64,000 bases of DNA from a bacterium (GTDB taxonomy: Bacteria; Actinomycetota; Coriobacteriia; Coriobacteriales; CADBOM01), in contig JAILQZ010000002.1 of the NCBI GenBank assembly GCA_024698685.1, forward strand, positions 4,366-68,365. Direction: 5' to 3'. Position numbers and translations under genes: made by a program. The notes under the pieces were generated by a model. The model had not been told where the DNA came from, made no database searches, and saw only the letters and a program-made list of their open reading frames with translations. Positions 27,805 through 36,851 of this stretch are shown piece by piece; position 1 is the first letter of the stretch, and every line of letters begins with the position of its first letter.

Positions 27805-29061
27805 ATGTCCAATCAAGCCAAATACGACGAGAAGATAAGCAGATTGTACGACGCGATTGCCCTCAAGGAACCAGATCGCGTACCCATCAATCCGATTCTG
27901 CAGTGCTTCCCATTCTACGATGCCGGCCACACGATGGCGGAAATCCTCTACGACGAGAAGGCAGAGCTGGCAACCGCAGACATGCTGAGATTCGCCGAGG
28001 AGTTCGACCCAGACATGGTCATGGGCCAAGACTACGTCAACGTCGGCATGGGCCCGATCTACGAGCTCGCCGATCCGAAGACGATCATGTGGGCCGGCAT
28101 GCCCAACGCCAGGATCGACAAGAACTCTATCCACCAGTTCCTCGAGTTCCCGGTGGTAGAAGATGACGAGGTCGAGGACTTCACGTACAACCGCGCCGAG
28201 TGGGCGCTCTCGAAGGGCGCACCGCGCTCGAGCGGCCTGCTCGCTCCACTGGCCATGATTCCCGCCCGCGGGCTCAACCCGTTCGTCAGCTTCCTGCAGA
28301 TGGCGGGCACCTTCAGCCATCCGGACTTCCGCAACATGGTCGAGAAGCTCTGGGCCATCGGCGACAAGCTCATGGTCAACGGCCCGGCGATGGCGGGTCT
28401 CAACGCTGCTATCGAGGAGGCTGGCTACCCGGTGATGACCCGCGCGATGGCCTCCGTTCCCTTCGACACCTACAGCGACTTCTACCGCGGCACCGTCGAC
28501 GGCCTGATCGACATGGGCGAGTATCCCAAGGAGGTCATGGCGTTTTGCGAGGAGGAGCTCCAGAACCAGCTGATGATGATCGACATGGCGGCGCAGGCAT
28601 GGCCAGGCAAGTACGTCTTCATGCCGCTGCACAAGGGTATGGACGGCTTCATGAGCGACGAGGACTACGTCAAGTTCTACTGGAACCACCTGCAGATCAT
28701 CATCAACCATATCATCGACGTGGGCATGATCCCCTACATCTACACCGAGGGCCCCTACACCACGCGTCTCGAGCATCTCGCCGAGGTGCCGACCGGCAAG
28801 GTGGTCTACCACTTCGAGAACGTCGACTGGGTCAAGGCGAAGAAGGTTCTCGGCGGGGTCGCGTGCCTCGCTGGAGGATTCCACACGCCGTATCTCGACC
28901 GCAGGACCCCCGAGCAGATCAAGGACGAGACGAAGCGCATCCTCGACCTGCTGGCCCCTGGCGGCGGATTCATCTTCGAGACCAGCCACGGCATCGACTA
29001 CTCGCCGCACGAGAACGTCATGGCGATGATCGAGACGGTCAAGGAGTACGGCAAGTACTAG
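27805..29061 (+). CDS. Uroporphyrinogen-decarboxylase (URO-D) family protein (MtaA/CmuA-like methyltransferase superfamily).
   Basis: The ORF runs 27721..29061. I chose the start at MSNQAKYDEKISRLYDAI, preceded by GGAAAGGGG. The call rests on overall length and a sequence pattern like URO-D-family proteins of anaerobes. It is made by eye only. Confidence 0.55.
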   Translation: MSNQAKYDEKISRLYDAIALKEPDRVPINPILQCFPFYDAGHTMAEILYDEKAELATADMLRFAEEFDPDMVMGQDYVNVGMGPIYELADPKTIMWAGMPNARIDKNSIHQFLEFPVVEDDEVEDFTYNRAEWALSKGAPRSSGLLAPLAMIPARGLNPFVSFLQMAGTFSHPDFRNMVEKLWAIGDKLMVNGPAMAGLNAAIEEAGYPVMTRAMASVPFDTYSDFYRGTVDGLIDMGEYPKEVMAFCEEELQNQLMMIDMAAQAWPGKYVFMPLHKGMDGFMSDEDYVKFYWNHLQIIINHIIDVGMIPYIYTEGPYTTRLEHLAEVPTGKVVYHFENVDWVKAKKVLGGVACLAGGFHTPYLDRRTPEQIKDETKRILDLLAPGGGFIFETSHGIDYSPHENVMAMIETVKEYGKY

Positions 29062-29107
29062 GAGCTCGTCCGCTGAATGTGCCTGCCAAGTTGGCAGGTT
29101 GAACGAA

Positions 29108-29141
29108 GCGCCCGCCTCGGAACCGTTACCGGGGCGGGCGC
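29108..29141. terminator. Convergent-gene terminator hairpin.
   Basis: gcgcccgcc (29108-29116) pairs with ggcgggcgc (29133-29141), between the URO-D-family gene and the kinase gene. Confidence 0.55.
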
Positions 29142-29147
29142 ACTGCG

Positions 29148-30545
29148 TCAGTTGGAATCCATCTGGCTCGCTGGGAGAACGATCTTGAATCGCGCGCCTC
29201 CTAATGGCGACTCCTCCACGCTCACCATCCCTCCAAGCGTCCCGGCGGCGTGCTTGACTATCGCAAGCCCGAGGCCCGTTCCGCCTGATTCGCCATCCGC
29301 TCTCGTGCGGCTCGTGTCAACGCGATAGAAGCGCTCGAACACCCTGTCGCGAAGATCTTCGGGCACTCCCGGGCCATCGTCGTCAACCGTGAGCACGGCG
29401 TTGCCATCAAGGTTCGCCACCGCCACGCAGGCAACTCCGCCGCGCTGGTTGTACTTGATTGCGTTGTCGACCAGGTTGTAGACCATCTGCTCGACGAGAG
29501 GCTCGCTTCCGAGAACGATCACCTCTTCGTCCAGCTCGAGCCGAATGGCGATGCCCTTCTCCTGGGCTGCGGCTTCGAGGCGATTTGCCACTCGCTGGCA
29601 CGCTTGGGATAGCGACACCATGTCGCGCGTCTCATCCGCGCGCTCGTCGAGCCGAGACAGCACCAGAACGTCGTCGATGAGGGCGCGCATGGAATCCGAT
29701 TCCCGGTGTATGAGGTTCGCGAACCTGGGAACGTCCTCTGGCGCCACCATGCCGTTCTCCATAAGCTCTGCGTACCCGCTGATCACCTGAAGCGGGCTTT
29801 TCATCTCGTGGCTCACATTGCCCGTGAACTCCCTTCGCTGCACCACCGCGCGCTCGAGCTCCGCATTCTTGTCCTCGAGCTCGCGGCGCTGCGCATCGAT
29901 GCGGCGAAGAAGGGGGCGCAGCTCCTCGTAGGCTCCCGCTATCGATTCCTCCCCCTCGCTCTTGAGGTCGATTTCCCGCAAGGGACGGACGATCATGCGG
30001 GTGAGCAGCCGCGCGACGAGAAACGAGATGACGATGATGGCGAACAGGGAGACTGCAAGCTGGGTCGACATGCTGCCGAGAAAGGACGCGAGGGAGGCGC
30101 GGGTTTCCGCCAAGCGCAGGATCATCCCGCTGTCGAGCTGGACTGCAGCGTAGAGCGTGTCGGACCCGAGCGTCTGCGACCTGCGCATCACGGTAACCCT
30201 TCCGCTCTCTCGCGCAGTGACGATCTCCTCGCGCTCGGAATGGTTGTCCATGCTGGCGGGATCGGCAAAGTTGTCGTAAAGCACGGTCCCGTCTTCGGCG
30301 ACAAGCGTGCAGCGGGTGTTCACGAATGGCATCTCCTCCAACGTCCTGCAGGCTTCGGACGCGCTTTTGCCCTCGATCTCATGGGCGCATGTCGAAGTCT
30401 GGGAGAGGAGCAGCTCCTCCGCCTCGGATTCATATGACGAGAAGCTCGCGCTCGTGATGGCCACGGTCACCGCAAGCACCACGACAAGCGACAGCGCGAA
30501 CAGAACGGCGAAGACCCTGCCCTGGAGTGTACGCAATCCACGCAT
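29148..30545 (-). CDS. PhoR-like sensor histidine kinase.
   Basis: The ORF runs 29148..30578. I chose the start at MRGLRTLQGRVFAVLF. The H-box is FTGNVSHEMKSPLQVISGYAELM and the G-box is GTGLGLAIVKH. Confidence 0.85.
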   Translation of the reverse strand: MRGLRTLQGRVFAVLFALSLVVVLAVTVAITSASFSSYESEAEELLLSQTSTCAHEIEGKSASEACRTLEEMPFVNTRCTLVAEDGTVLYDNFADPASMDNHSEREEIVTARESGRVTVMRRSQTLGSDTLYAAVQLDSGMILRLAETRASLASFLGSMSTQLAVSLFAIIVISFLVARLLTRMIVRPLREIDLKSEGEESIAGAYEELRPLLRRIDAQRRELEDKNAELERAVVQRREFTGNVSHEMKSPLQVISGYAELMENGMVAPEDVPRFANLIHRESDSMRALIDDVLVLSRLDERADETRDMVSLSQACQRVANRLEAAAQEKGIAIRLELDEEVIVLGSEPLVEQMVYNLVDNAIKYNQRGGVACVAVANLDGNAVLTVDDDGPGVPEDLRDRVFERFYRVDTSRTRADGESGGTGLGLAIVKHAAGTLGGMVSVEESPLGGARFKIVLPASQMDSN

Positions 30546-30546
30546 G

Positions 30547-31239
30547 TCAGCTCTCCAACTTGATGCAGTAGCCCACACCGCGAATCGTCTTTATAAGATC
30601 GCCAGCGCCGGAACTGGCATCATTGAGCTTGCGGCGAAGCGTTTGCACATGCGTGTCGACCGTACGCGTCTCCCCAGCATACGACAGGTCCCATACGTCC
30701 TCGAGAATCCTCGTACGCGAAAGAACCCTGCCCTGCGAGGAGAGCAGTGCCCTTAGCAATTCGAACTCCTTGGGCGTCAGCTCGACGAGCACATCGCCGA
30801 CGAAAACCTCGTGGGTCTCGGTTCCAAGGGACACGGGACCGCACTCGAGCATCTCGTCGTTGCGTCGAGACAATGCGCCCGCCCTTCGCAAGAGGGCGTT
30901 GCATCGACTCACGAGCTCCATCATCCCGAAGGGCTTTGCGAGGTAATCGTCCGCGCCCGCATCGAGCCCGCGCACCTTGTCATACTCCGTGCCCTTGGCG
31001 GTGAGCATAATCACGGGAACGTGCGAGATGGAGCGATCGTTGCGTATCAGATCGAGCAGTTCGAGTCCATCGATTCCCGGCAGCATGATATCGAGCAAGA
31101 TGAGATCGGGAGGCTCCTCGGCGCAAGCTATCAGAAAGGACTCGCCGCTCGGGAAGCCCTTGGCGTCGAGGCCGGCCTTTCTGAGAGCGTAGAGGGTCAG
31201 CTCCCTGATGTTCGTATCGTCTTCAACGTAATAGATCAT
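30547..31239 (-). CDS. OmpR/PhoB-family response regulator.
   Basis: 230 aa, beginning MIYYVEDDTNIRELT, with a receiver domain followed by a winged-helix domain. Confidence 0.9.
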   Translation of the reverse strand: MIYYVEDDTNIRELTLYALRKAGLDAKGFPSGESFLIACAEEPPDLILLDIMLPGIDGLELLDLIRNDRSISHVPVIMLTAKGTEYDKVRGLDAGADDYLAKPFGMMELVSRCNALLRRAGALSRRNDEMLECGPVSLGTETHEVFVGDVLVELTPKEFELLRALLSSQGRVLSRTRILEDVWDLSYAGETRTVDTHVQTLRRKLNDASSGAGDLIKTIRGVGYCIKLES

Positions 31240-31283
31240 GATCTAATCCTAACTCTAGTTCTGCGTTAATTACCGAACGAGAG

Positions 31284-32333
31284 TTAAAGAATCACAAGGA
31301 ACAGGCGGGTAAACGCATATGCCAAGAGTCCGCAGCCGGGAAATGTGAGCACCCATGTGAGCACCATGTTTCCTGCCAGATTCCACCGCACCGCGCGGAG
31401 GCGTCGCTCCGTTCCAACGCCCATGACGGCCGTCGAATTGGTGTGGGTGGTCGAAACCGGCATGCCCGTAAACGTAGCCAGCGCGATGCACAGACAGCCC
31501 GAGAGGCAGGCGCAAAAGCCTTGATACGGCTCGAGCTTGACCATGTTCATTCCCACCGACTTGATGATCTTGCGTCCTCCCAGCGCCGTGCCGAGGGATA
31601 TGACGAGGCTGACGAGTATCACGAGCCATACGGGGAAGTTGTGCATCTCGGGCGTGCCGTAGACCCCGAGCATGATCGCAAGCATGCACAGGCTCAGGAA
31701 CTTCTGGCCGTCTTGGGCGCCGTGAAGCACTGCGACACCGGCTCCGGCGACGATCTGGGCCCGTCTGAAGAACCTGTCGGCCTTGCGACGATCAAGCCTG
31801 GAGCAGGTCACCCGGATAATTCGCGCGAACAGCCATCCTGCGCCAAAGCCCAAACCCGTGCTGACGACGAGTCCGTAGATCACCTTGACCCATTGCTCGG
31901 GGTTGACGCCGGCAAAGCTTCCCTGCAGCGCGATCGCCGCTCCGGTGATGCCCGCTATGAGGGAGTGGCTCTGGCTCGTCGGGATGCCGAATGCCCAGGC
32001 GGCGACGCCCCAGACGATGATGGCGACCATAGCGGCGGCAAGCGCGATGAGAGCGGCGTGATTGTCGCCTCCGAAGTCAACCATGGTGAAGATGGTGTCG
32101 GCAACTGCCGTGCTCACGATCGTTATGAAGACAAGGCCCACGAAGTTGCAAATCGCCGCCATCACGATGGCCGGAGTGGGTTTCATGGAGCGCGTTCCCA
32201 CAACGGTTGCGATGGCATTCGGCGCATCTGTGGCTCCGTTGACAGCCGTGGCTCCGAGAGCCAGCGCGATGATGAGGAGAAGGACCGGCTCTGCCATAAC
32301 CGCGGATGCCACTGCTCCCAAAGATGCAACCAT
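31284..32333 (-). CDS. pit: Inorganic phosphate transporter, PiT family.
   Basis: The ORF runs 31284..32828. I chose the start at MVASLGAVASAV (ATG 32333). It has the PHO4-type motif NGATDAPNAIATVVGTR and a second half-repeat. Confidence 0.8.
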   Translation of the reverse strand: MVASLGAVASAVMAEPVLLLIIALALGATAVNGATDAPNAIATVVGTRSMKPTPAIVMAAICNFVGLVFITIVSTAVADTIFTMVDFGGDNHAALIALAAAMVAIIVWGVAAWAFGIPTSQSHSLIAGITGAAIALQGSFAGVNPEQWVKVIYGLVVSTGLGFGAGWLFARIIRVTCSRLDRRKADRFFRRAQIVAGAGVAVLHGAQDGQKFLSLCMLAIMLGVYGTPEMHNFPVWLVILVSLVISLGTALGGRKIIKSVGMNMVKLEPYQGFCACLSGCLCIALATFTGMPVSTTHTNSTAVMGVGTERRLRAVRWNLAGNMVLTWVLTFPGCGLLAYAFTRLFLVIL

Positions 32334-32408
32334 GTAACCCTCGTTCCCTTTCTCGCCTTCTTCTTCGAATCGATCGATTGACTTTCGAAGGCTGATGCTA
32401 GGAAACGC

Positions 32409-32447
32409 GCGCAAAGGGACTGCAAGGCATTTGCAAGGATTGTGCAA
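32409..32447 (-). promoter_or_regulatory. Four TTGC(A/G)N direct repeats at exact 11-nt phasing; Pho-box-like array upstream of pit.
   Basis: The minus strand reads TTGCAC AATCC TTGCAA ATGCC TTGCAG TCCCT TTGCGC. The plus-strand hexamers start at 32409, 32420, 32431 and 32442. The array ends about 76 nt upstream of the pit ATG. Confidence 0.45.
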
Positions 32448-32557
32448 AGTCAAGGCGAGCGGGGCGTGGCGGGCGCTTTGCGGGTGCTGCGGCGCAGTCG
32501 AATGCAAAGATGGCATCGTTGTCCAGCATGCTGGCAACCAGCCAGCAGCTGCGAGGG

Positions 32558-33061
32558 CTAGTCCCTCTGCCAGAGGCCGCTCTTGCCGCCGTCCTTCTTC
32601 AGCAGGCGCACGTCCATGATCTCCATGCCGCGGTCTACCGCCTTGCACATGTCGTAGATCGTCAGGCAGGCGACGCTGGCGGCGGTGAGCGCCTCCATCT
32701 CGATTCCGGTCTTCCCGGTGACTCCGCAGGTCGTGACCACGTGGATGCCGACGCGCCCATCCTCGCGCTGACCCGCCTGGACCGGCGCGCACGAGACCTT
32801 GGCCTTGGTGATGTTGAGCGGATGGCACATCGGGATGATGTCGCTCGTCTTCTTTGCAGCCATGACGCCGGCGACGCGCGCGCAGGCAAGGACGTCGCCC
32901 TTGGCCGCCTCGCCGCTAGTGATGAGATCGAGCGTCTCCTGACGCATGCTGATGAAGCCCTCGGCGACCGCTATGCGCTGGGTGTCGGCCTTTTCCGAGA
33001 CGTCGACCATGCGAACGTCGCCCTGCTCGTCGATGTGCGTGAGGTGCTGGTTGTCTGCCAT
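32558..33061 (-). CDS. moaC: Cyclic pyranopterin monophosphate synthase MoaC.
   Basis: The ORF runs 32558..33094. I chose the start at [22 protein letters not shown], preceded by AAGGAGCA. It carries the motif IPMCHPL. Confidence 0.9.
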   Translation of the reverse strand: MADNQHLTHIDEQGDVRMVDVSEKADTQRIAVAEGFISMRQETLDLITSGEAAKGDVLACARVAGVMAAKKTSDIIPMCHPLNITKAKVSCAPVQAGQREDGRVGIHVVTTCGVTGKTGIEMEALTAASVACLTIYDMCKAVDRGMEIMDVRLLKKDGGKSGLWQRD

Positions 33062-33121
33062 TTCATGCTCCTTGGTCAAGCTGCTTGGCTGCAATTATAC
33101 GCTCGAGGGGCTCTCGTTGCG

Positions 33122-34123
33122 CTAGCCGCCTATCTGCGACATCTTCCTCGCGGTGCCCACCCTGCTGTGGTGCTCGTCAGGTTTGAGCTGCAGTGCCTGG
33201 AGGAAGACCTCGCGGATGTCCTCGTCGGTGCCCTCGCGCACGGCCGTACGCAGGTCGAGCTCCTCATCGCTGAAGAGGCACGGACGGATCTTGCCGTCGG
33301 CGGTCATGCGCAAGCGGTTGCACTCGCTGCAGAAGTGGTTGGAGATCGGAGAGATGAATCCAACGGTGCCCTGCGCTCCCGGGAACTCGTAGTAGCGCGC
33401 TGGCCCCCAACCCGTCGGGCGGTGCTTGCCAGCAGGGACGAGTTCGGGAAATCCGAGCTCTCTGGCGCGCGCGTTGATCGTCTCCATGATCTCCTCGCAG
33501 GGGACCACGTCCTGCTCTCCCCAACCGCTACCATCGTAGCCGGAGCTCTCTCCCACGGGCATGTATTCGATGAAGCGCATGTGCAACGGCCTGTCGACCG
33601 ACATGCGCGCGAACTCGAAGACGTCCTGATCAAGGCTGCGGATGACAACCGAATTCACCTTGACCGGCTTGAACCCGACGCGCAGCGCCGCATCGATTCC
33701 GGCGTGAACGTCGTTGACGTGCCCCCAGCGCGTGATGTAGTGGTATTGCTCCTCGTCGAGCGTGTCGAGCGAGATGTTGACCCGCGAGAGGCCCGCTGCC
33801 TTGAGGTCGTCGGCCATTTCGGGCAGGAGGATGCCGTTGGTGGTCAGCGCGATCGACTCGATCTCGGGGATGGCCTTGATGTCGCGCACAAGATCGACCA
33901 CGCCATGGCGCACAAGGGGCTCCCCGCCGGTTAGACGCACGCGCGTGATGCCCGTTTGCGCCGCTACGCGCACGATTCGGGAGATTTCCTCGATGCGAAG
34001 GATGTCTTCGTGATCGAGCGCCGCCACGCCATCCTCGGGCATGCAGTAGATGCACCGAAGATTGCAACGGTCGGTCAGCGATATGCGCAGGTAATCGATT
34101 ACCCTTCCATGCGAATCGATCAC
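33122..34123 (-). CDS. moaA: GTP 3',8-cyclase MoaA (radical SAM).
   Basis: 333 aa with LRISLTDRCNLRCIYCMP and C-terminal Cys motifs. Confidence 0.95.
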   Translation of the reverse strand: MIDSHGRVIDYLRISLTDRCNLRCIYCMPEDGVAALDHEDILRIEEISRIVRVAAQTGITRVRLTGGEPLVRHGVVDLVRDIKAIPEIESIALTTNGILLPEMADDLKAAGLSRVNISLDTLDEEQYHYITRWGHVNDVHAGIDAALRVGFKPVKVNSVVIRSLDQDVFEFARMSVDRPLHMRFIEYMPVGESSGYDGSGWGEQDVVPCEEIMETINARARELGFPELVPAGKHRPTGWGPARYYEFPGAQGTVGFISPISNHFCSECNRLRMTADGKIRPCLFSDEELDLRTAVREGTDEDIREVFLQALQLKPDEHHSRVGTARKMSQIGG

Positions 34124-34191
34124 ACGAAGCCCCCATTCACTATTCGCGAATGGCTATTATATACCATCTTGGAGAAAGCGCCGCCGCTGCA

Positions 34192-35319
34192 CTACCTCGT
34201 GACCATGTACATCGCGCTGGACGGAATCTCGATGAGGAGCTCGTCGCCCACCTCGGGCAACTCGTCCGCGGGCACAGCGAGCTTGTCGACCTTCCATTGG
34301 ATATGGAGCTTGAGGAATTTCATCGACTCCTCTTCCTCGGCGATGTCCTTCTCCATCTGATCGCTCATGCGCGGATCGAGGAAGGAGAGCATGACCGATC
34401 GCTCGAAGCGCGAGTCGCTGACGCGGTCGGCGCGGACGCGGAAGACGTTCGGGCCGGGCTCGGTGGCACGACGCAGGAAGAACGCGCGGACGCCGAACCA
34501 TCTGACGTCGTGCGGAACTGGCTTGTCGCTGAACAGGCTGATGCCCCAATCGGGCAGATAGATCTCGCTGTCGGAGACGTACTCGGCGGCGGTGGTGTTC
34601 TTGCAGCCCGAGAGCTTGACCGCGGCGAGGCTCTTCGGGTTGTAGACTATCTCCTCCTTCGACCCCATCTCGCTGATCGACCCCGCGTCGACCACGGCGA
34701 TGCGGTCGCAGAACCTGAAGGCCTCATCGATGTCGTGGCTGACGTAGAGGATCGTCCCCTCGAACTCCTTGAATAGACCGATGAGGTTCTGCTCCAGCGC
34801 GCTCTTGAGATGTGCGTCGAGCGCGGAGAAGGGCTCGTCGAGCATGAGGATCGCGGGCTGGGCTGCGAGCATCCTGGCCAGCGCCACGCGCTGCTGCTGG
34901 CCGCCGGAGAGCTGGCTGGGATAGCGGCCGCCGAGGCCGATGAGGCCGAAGCGATGGAGCTGGTCCTCGACTATCGCGGTGCGCTCCGCCTGGGTGGCGT
35001 CCTTGGAAACTCCGGCAAGCACGTTCTGCTCCACCGTCATGTTCGGGAAGAGCATGTAATTCTGGAAGAGCAGCGCCGTCTTGCGCTCCTGCGGAGTGAG
35101 GTCGATGCGTGCCTTCTTGCCAGCGGCCTTGTCGAAGAAGGTCTGGCCGTTGACGACGATCTTGCCCTCGTCGGGGTGCTCGATGCCCGCGATGCAGCGC
35201 AGCGTCAGCGACTTGCCGCATCCAGATGCGCCAAGGAAGCCGACCGTCTCGTTGCCCGCTTCGAAGGCCACGTCGAGCTTGAACGAGCCCCAGTCCTTCT
35301 TGACCGCTACCTCAAGCAT
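34192..35319 (-). CDS. modC: Molybdate ABC transporter ATP-binding protein with a C-terminal TOBE-like extension.
   Basis: 375 aa with Walker A GASGCGKS and the signature [13 protein letters not shown]. It overlaps the modB stop by 8 nt. Confidence 0.8.
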   Translation of the reverse strand: MLEVAVKKDWGSFKLDVAFEAGNETVGFLGASGCGKSLTLRCIAGIEHPDEGKIVVNGQTFFDKAAGKKARIDLTPQERKTALLFQNYMLFPNMTVEQNVLAGVSKDATQAERTAIVEDQLHRFGLIGLGGRYPSQLSGGQQQRVALARMLAAQPAILMLDEPFSALDAHLKSALEQNLIGLFKEFEGTILYVSHDIDEAFRFCDRIAVVDAGSISEMGSKEEIVYNPKSLAAVKLSGCKNTTAAEYVSDSEIYLPDWGISLFSDKPVPHDVRWFGVRAFFLRRATEPGPNVFRVRADRVSDSRFERSVMLSFLDPRMSDQMEKDIAEEEESMKFLKLHIQWKVDKLAVPADELPEVGDELLIEIPSSAMYMVTR

Positions 35320-36652
35320 CGTCCACCTCCACCTGGCGGTACTTGGTCGTCCTGCGCCCCCAGAGGTTGATGAAGAGAATCACCAGGAAGCTGACGATCA
35401 GGATGATTATCGTCCAGAAGATCGCGATGTCGGTGTTGCCATTCATCCATTCGAAGTAGATCGCGATCGGGATGGTTCGCGTGATGCCGAGGTAGTTGCC
35501 CGCTAGGAAGAGCGTGGCGCCGAACTCGCCGAGGGCACGCGCGAAGGCGAGTACCGTGCCGGCGGCGATCGAGCTCCACGCCAGCGGGAGCATGAGCTTG
35601 AAGAAGATACGGCTCTCGCTCCAGCCGAGCGTGCGCGCCGCATCGAGCATGTTCGGGTCTAGCGCCTCGAACGCACCGCGTGCACTGCGGTACATCAGCG
35701 GGAAGGCGACGACGGTTGCAGCGATGACCGTTGCGGGCCAGCTGAAGATCAGCGGGAATCCGATGTCGATGAACCAACGGCCGAGCCCGGTGTTGTTGCC
35801 GAGCGCGAGCAGGAGCAGAAAGCCGCAGACCGTTGGCGGCAGGACCATCGGAATGGTGAAGATCGCATCGAAGATGTCGCGCTTGCGCGGCGAGATGCGC
35901 AGGCATAGGTAGCCGGCTGCAAGCCCGAGTATGAAGACGAAGATGATCGCGGTGAGCGTCGTCTTGAGCGTTACCCACAGAGGCGACCAATCAAGGTTGG
36001 AGAGGAACGAGGTAAAGCGCTCGAACAGGCCGGGCTGGGCGAGGATCGCGGTATCCTCCGCCCTGACCAGCGAGGCGAAGAGCGCATGCGTGGGCTTGGA
36101 AGAGCCCGTGATGTCGGAGCCATCGATGCCGATCACGCAGTTGTAGCGCTTGCCGTCGATGCTCTCGGCGAATGTATAGCGCACGCCCTCGACGTCGATC
36201 GAGCTCTCGGTGGTGAAGTGCCACGGGGCGCTCGTCGAGATCTTGAGCCCGCCGCCGGCATTCGCCTCGTCAAGGGCCACGATGTAGGACTGCAAATCCG
36301 CCAGATCGGCGTCGGAAGAGACCTCGAAGCCAGTGGACTGGGCGGCCGCCGCGTCGATGTAGACGACGGTGGCGTTGCAGTTGGCCACCACCATCAGGTC
36401 GCTGGCCTTCTCGCCGATCAGGTAGGCGTAGCCGTGGTAGGCGCCGCCGATCTTGGCGTTGCTTCCCGCGGAGGCGCGCTCGCAATCGTTGATGCCGAAC
36501 GCGCAACCGCCGATGACGGCGGAGAGGTTGTCGGCCGAGACGGTCATCTCGCCTTCGGCAGGCTGCGCCTCCTCAGCCCAAGCAAACGGCGCAAGCAGCG
36601 TGCTTGCGACGAGCGCTAGGGCCGCGAATATGCAAATGAGGCGCTTGCGCAT
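35312..36652 (-). CDS. modB: Molybdate ABC permease ModB carrying a ~215-aa N-terminal signal-anchored extracytoplasmic extension.
   Basis: The ORF runs 35312..36757. I chose the start at MRKRLICIFAALALVAS, preceded by GAAAGG. The C-terminal ~230 aa are a CysTW/ModB-type permease (EAA-loop region DAARTLGWSESRIFFKLMLP). Confidence 0.8.
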   Translation of the reverse strand: MRKRLICIFAALALVASTLLAPFAWAEEAQPAEGEMTVSADNLSAVIGGCAFGINDCERASAGSNAKIGGAYHGYAYLIGEKASDLMVVANCNATVVYIDAAAAQSTGFEVSSDADLADLQSYIVALDEANAGGGLKISTSAPWHFTTESSIDVEGVRYTFAESIDGKRYNCVIGIDGSDITGSSKPTHALFASLVRAEDTAILAQPGLFERFTSFLSNLDWSPLWVTLKTTLTAIIFVFILGLAAGYLCLRISPRKRDIFDAIFTIPMVLPPTVCGFLLLLALGNNTGLGRWFIDIGFPLIFSWPATVIAATVVAFPLMYRSARGAFEALDPNMLDAARTLGWSESRIFFKLMLPLAWSSIAAGTVLAFARALGEFGATLFLAGNYLGITRTIPIAIYFEWMNGNTDIAIFWTIIILIVSFLVILFINLWGRRTTKYRQVEVDDA

Positions 36653-36761
36653 CGGAAACCTTTCGGCGGGCATTATGTCCTCACAACAATAGACTTGATG
36701 AAGTATAGACCACTTTGCTGCGGCATCAAAGCTGCGGGAGCAGCAAATGCCCTGCAAGAGC

Positions 36762-36802
36762 GGGAAAACTGCGGCCCGATCGGGTTTCCAATCGGGCCGC
36801 AG
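36762..36802 (-). terminator. Strong intrinsic terminator/attenuator between modA and modB.
   Basis: A 12-bp stem formed by ctgcggcccgat (36769-36780) and atcgggccgcag (36791-36802). On the minus strand it is followed by TTTTCCC. Confidence 0.7.
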
Positions 36803-36851
36803 AACTCAGCAACGCCATATCTCTATGGCAGGGACTGCCTAACTCGTGCGC

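Noticed and set aside
27643-29010. 455-aa minus-strand ORF.
   Set aside because: It is antisense to the URO-D-family gene, which has a proper RBS and a protein-like composition.
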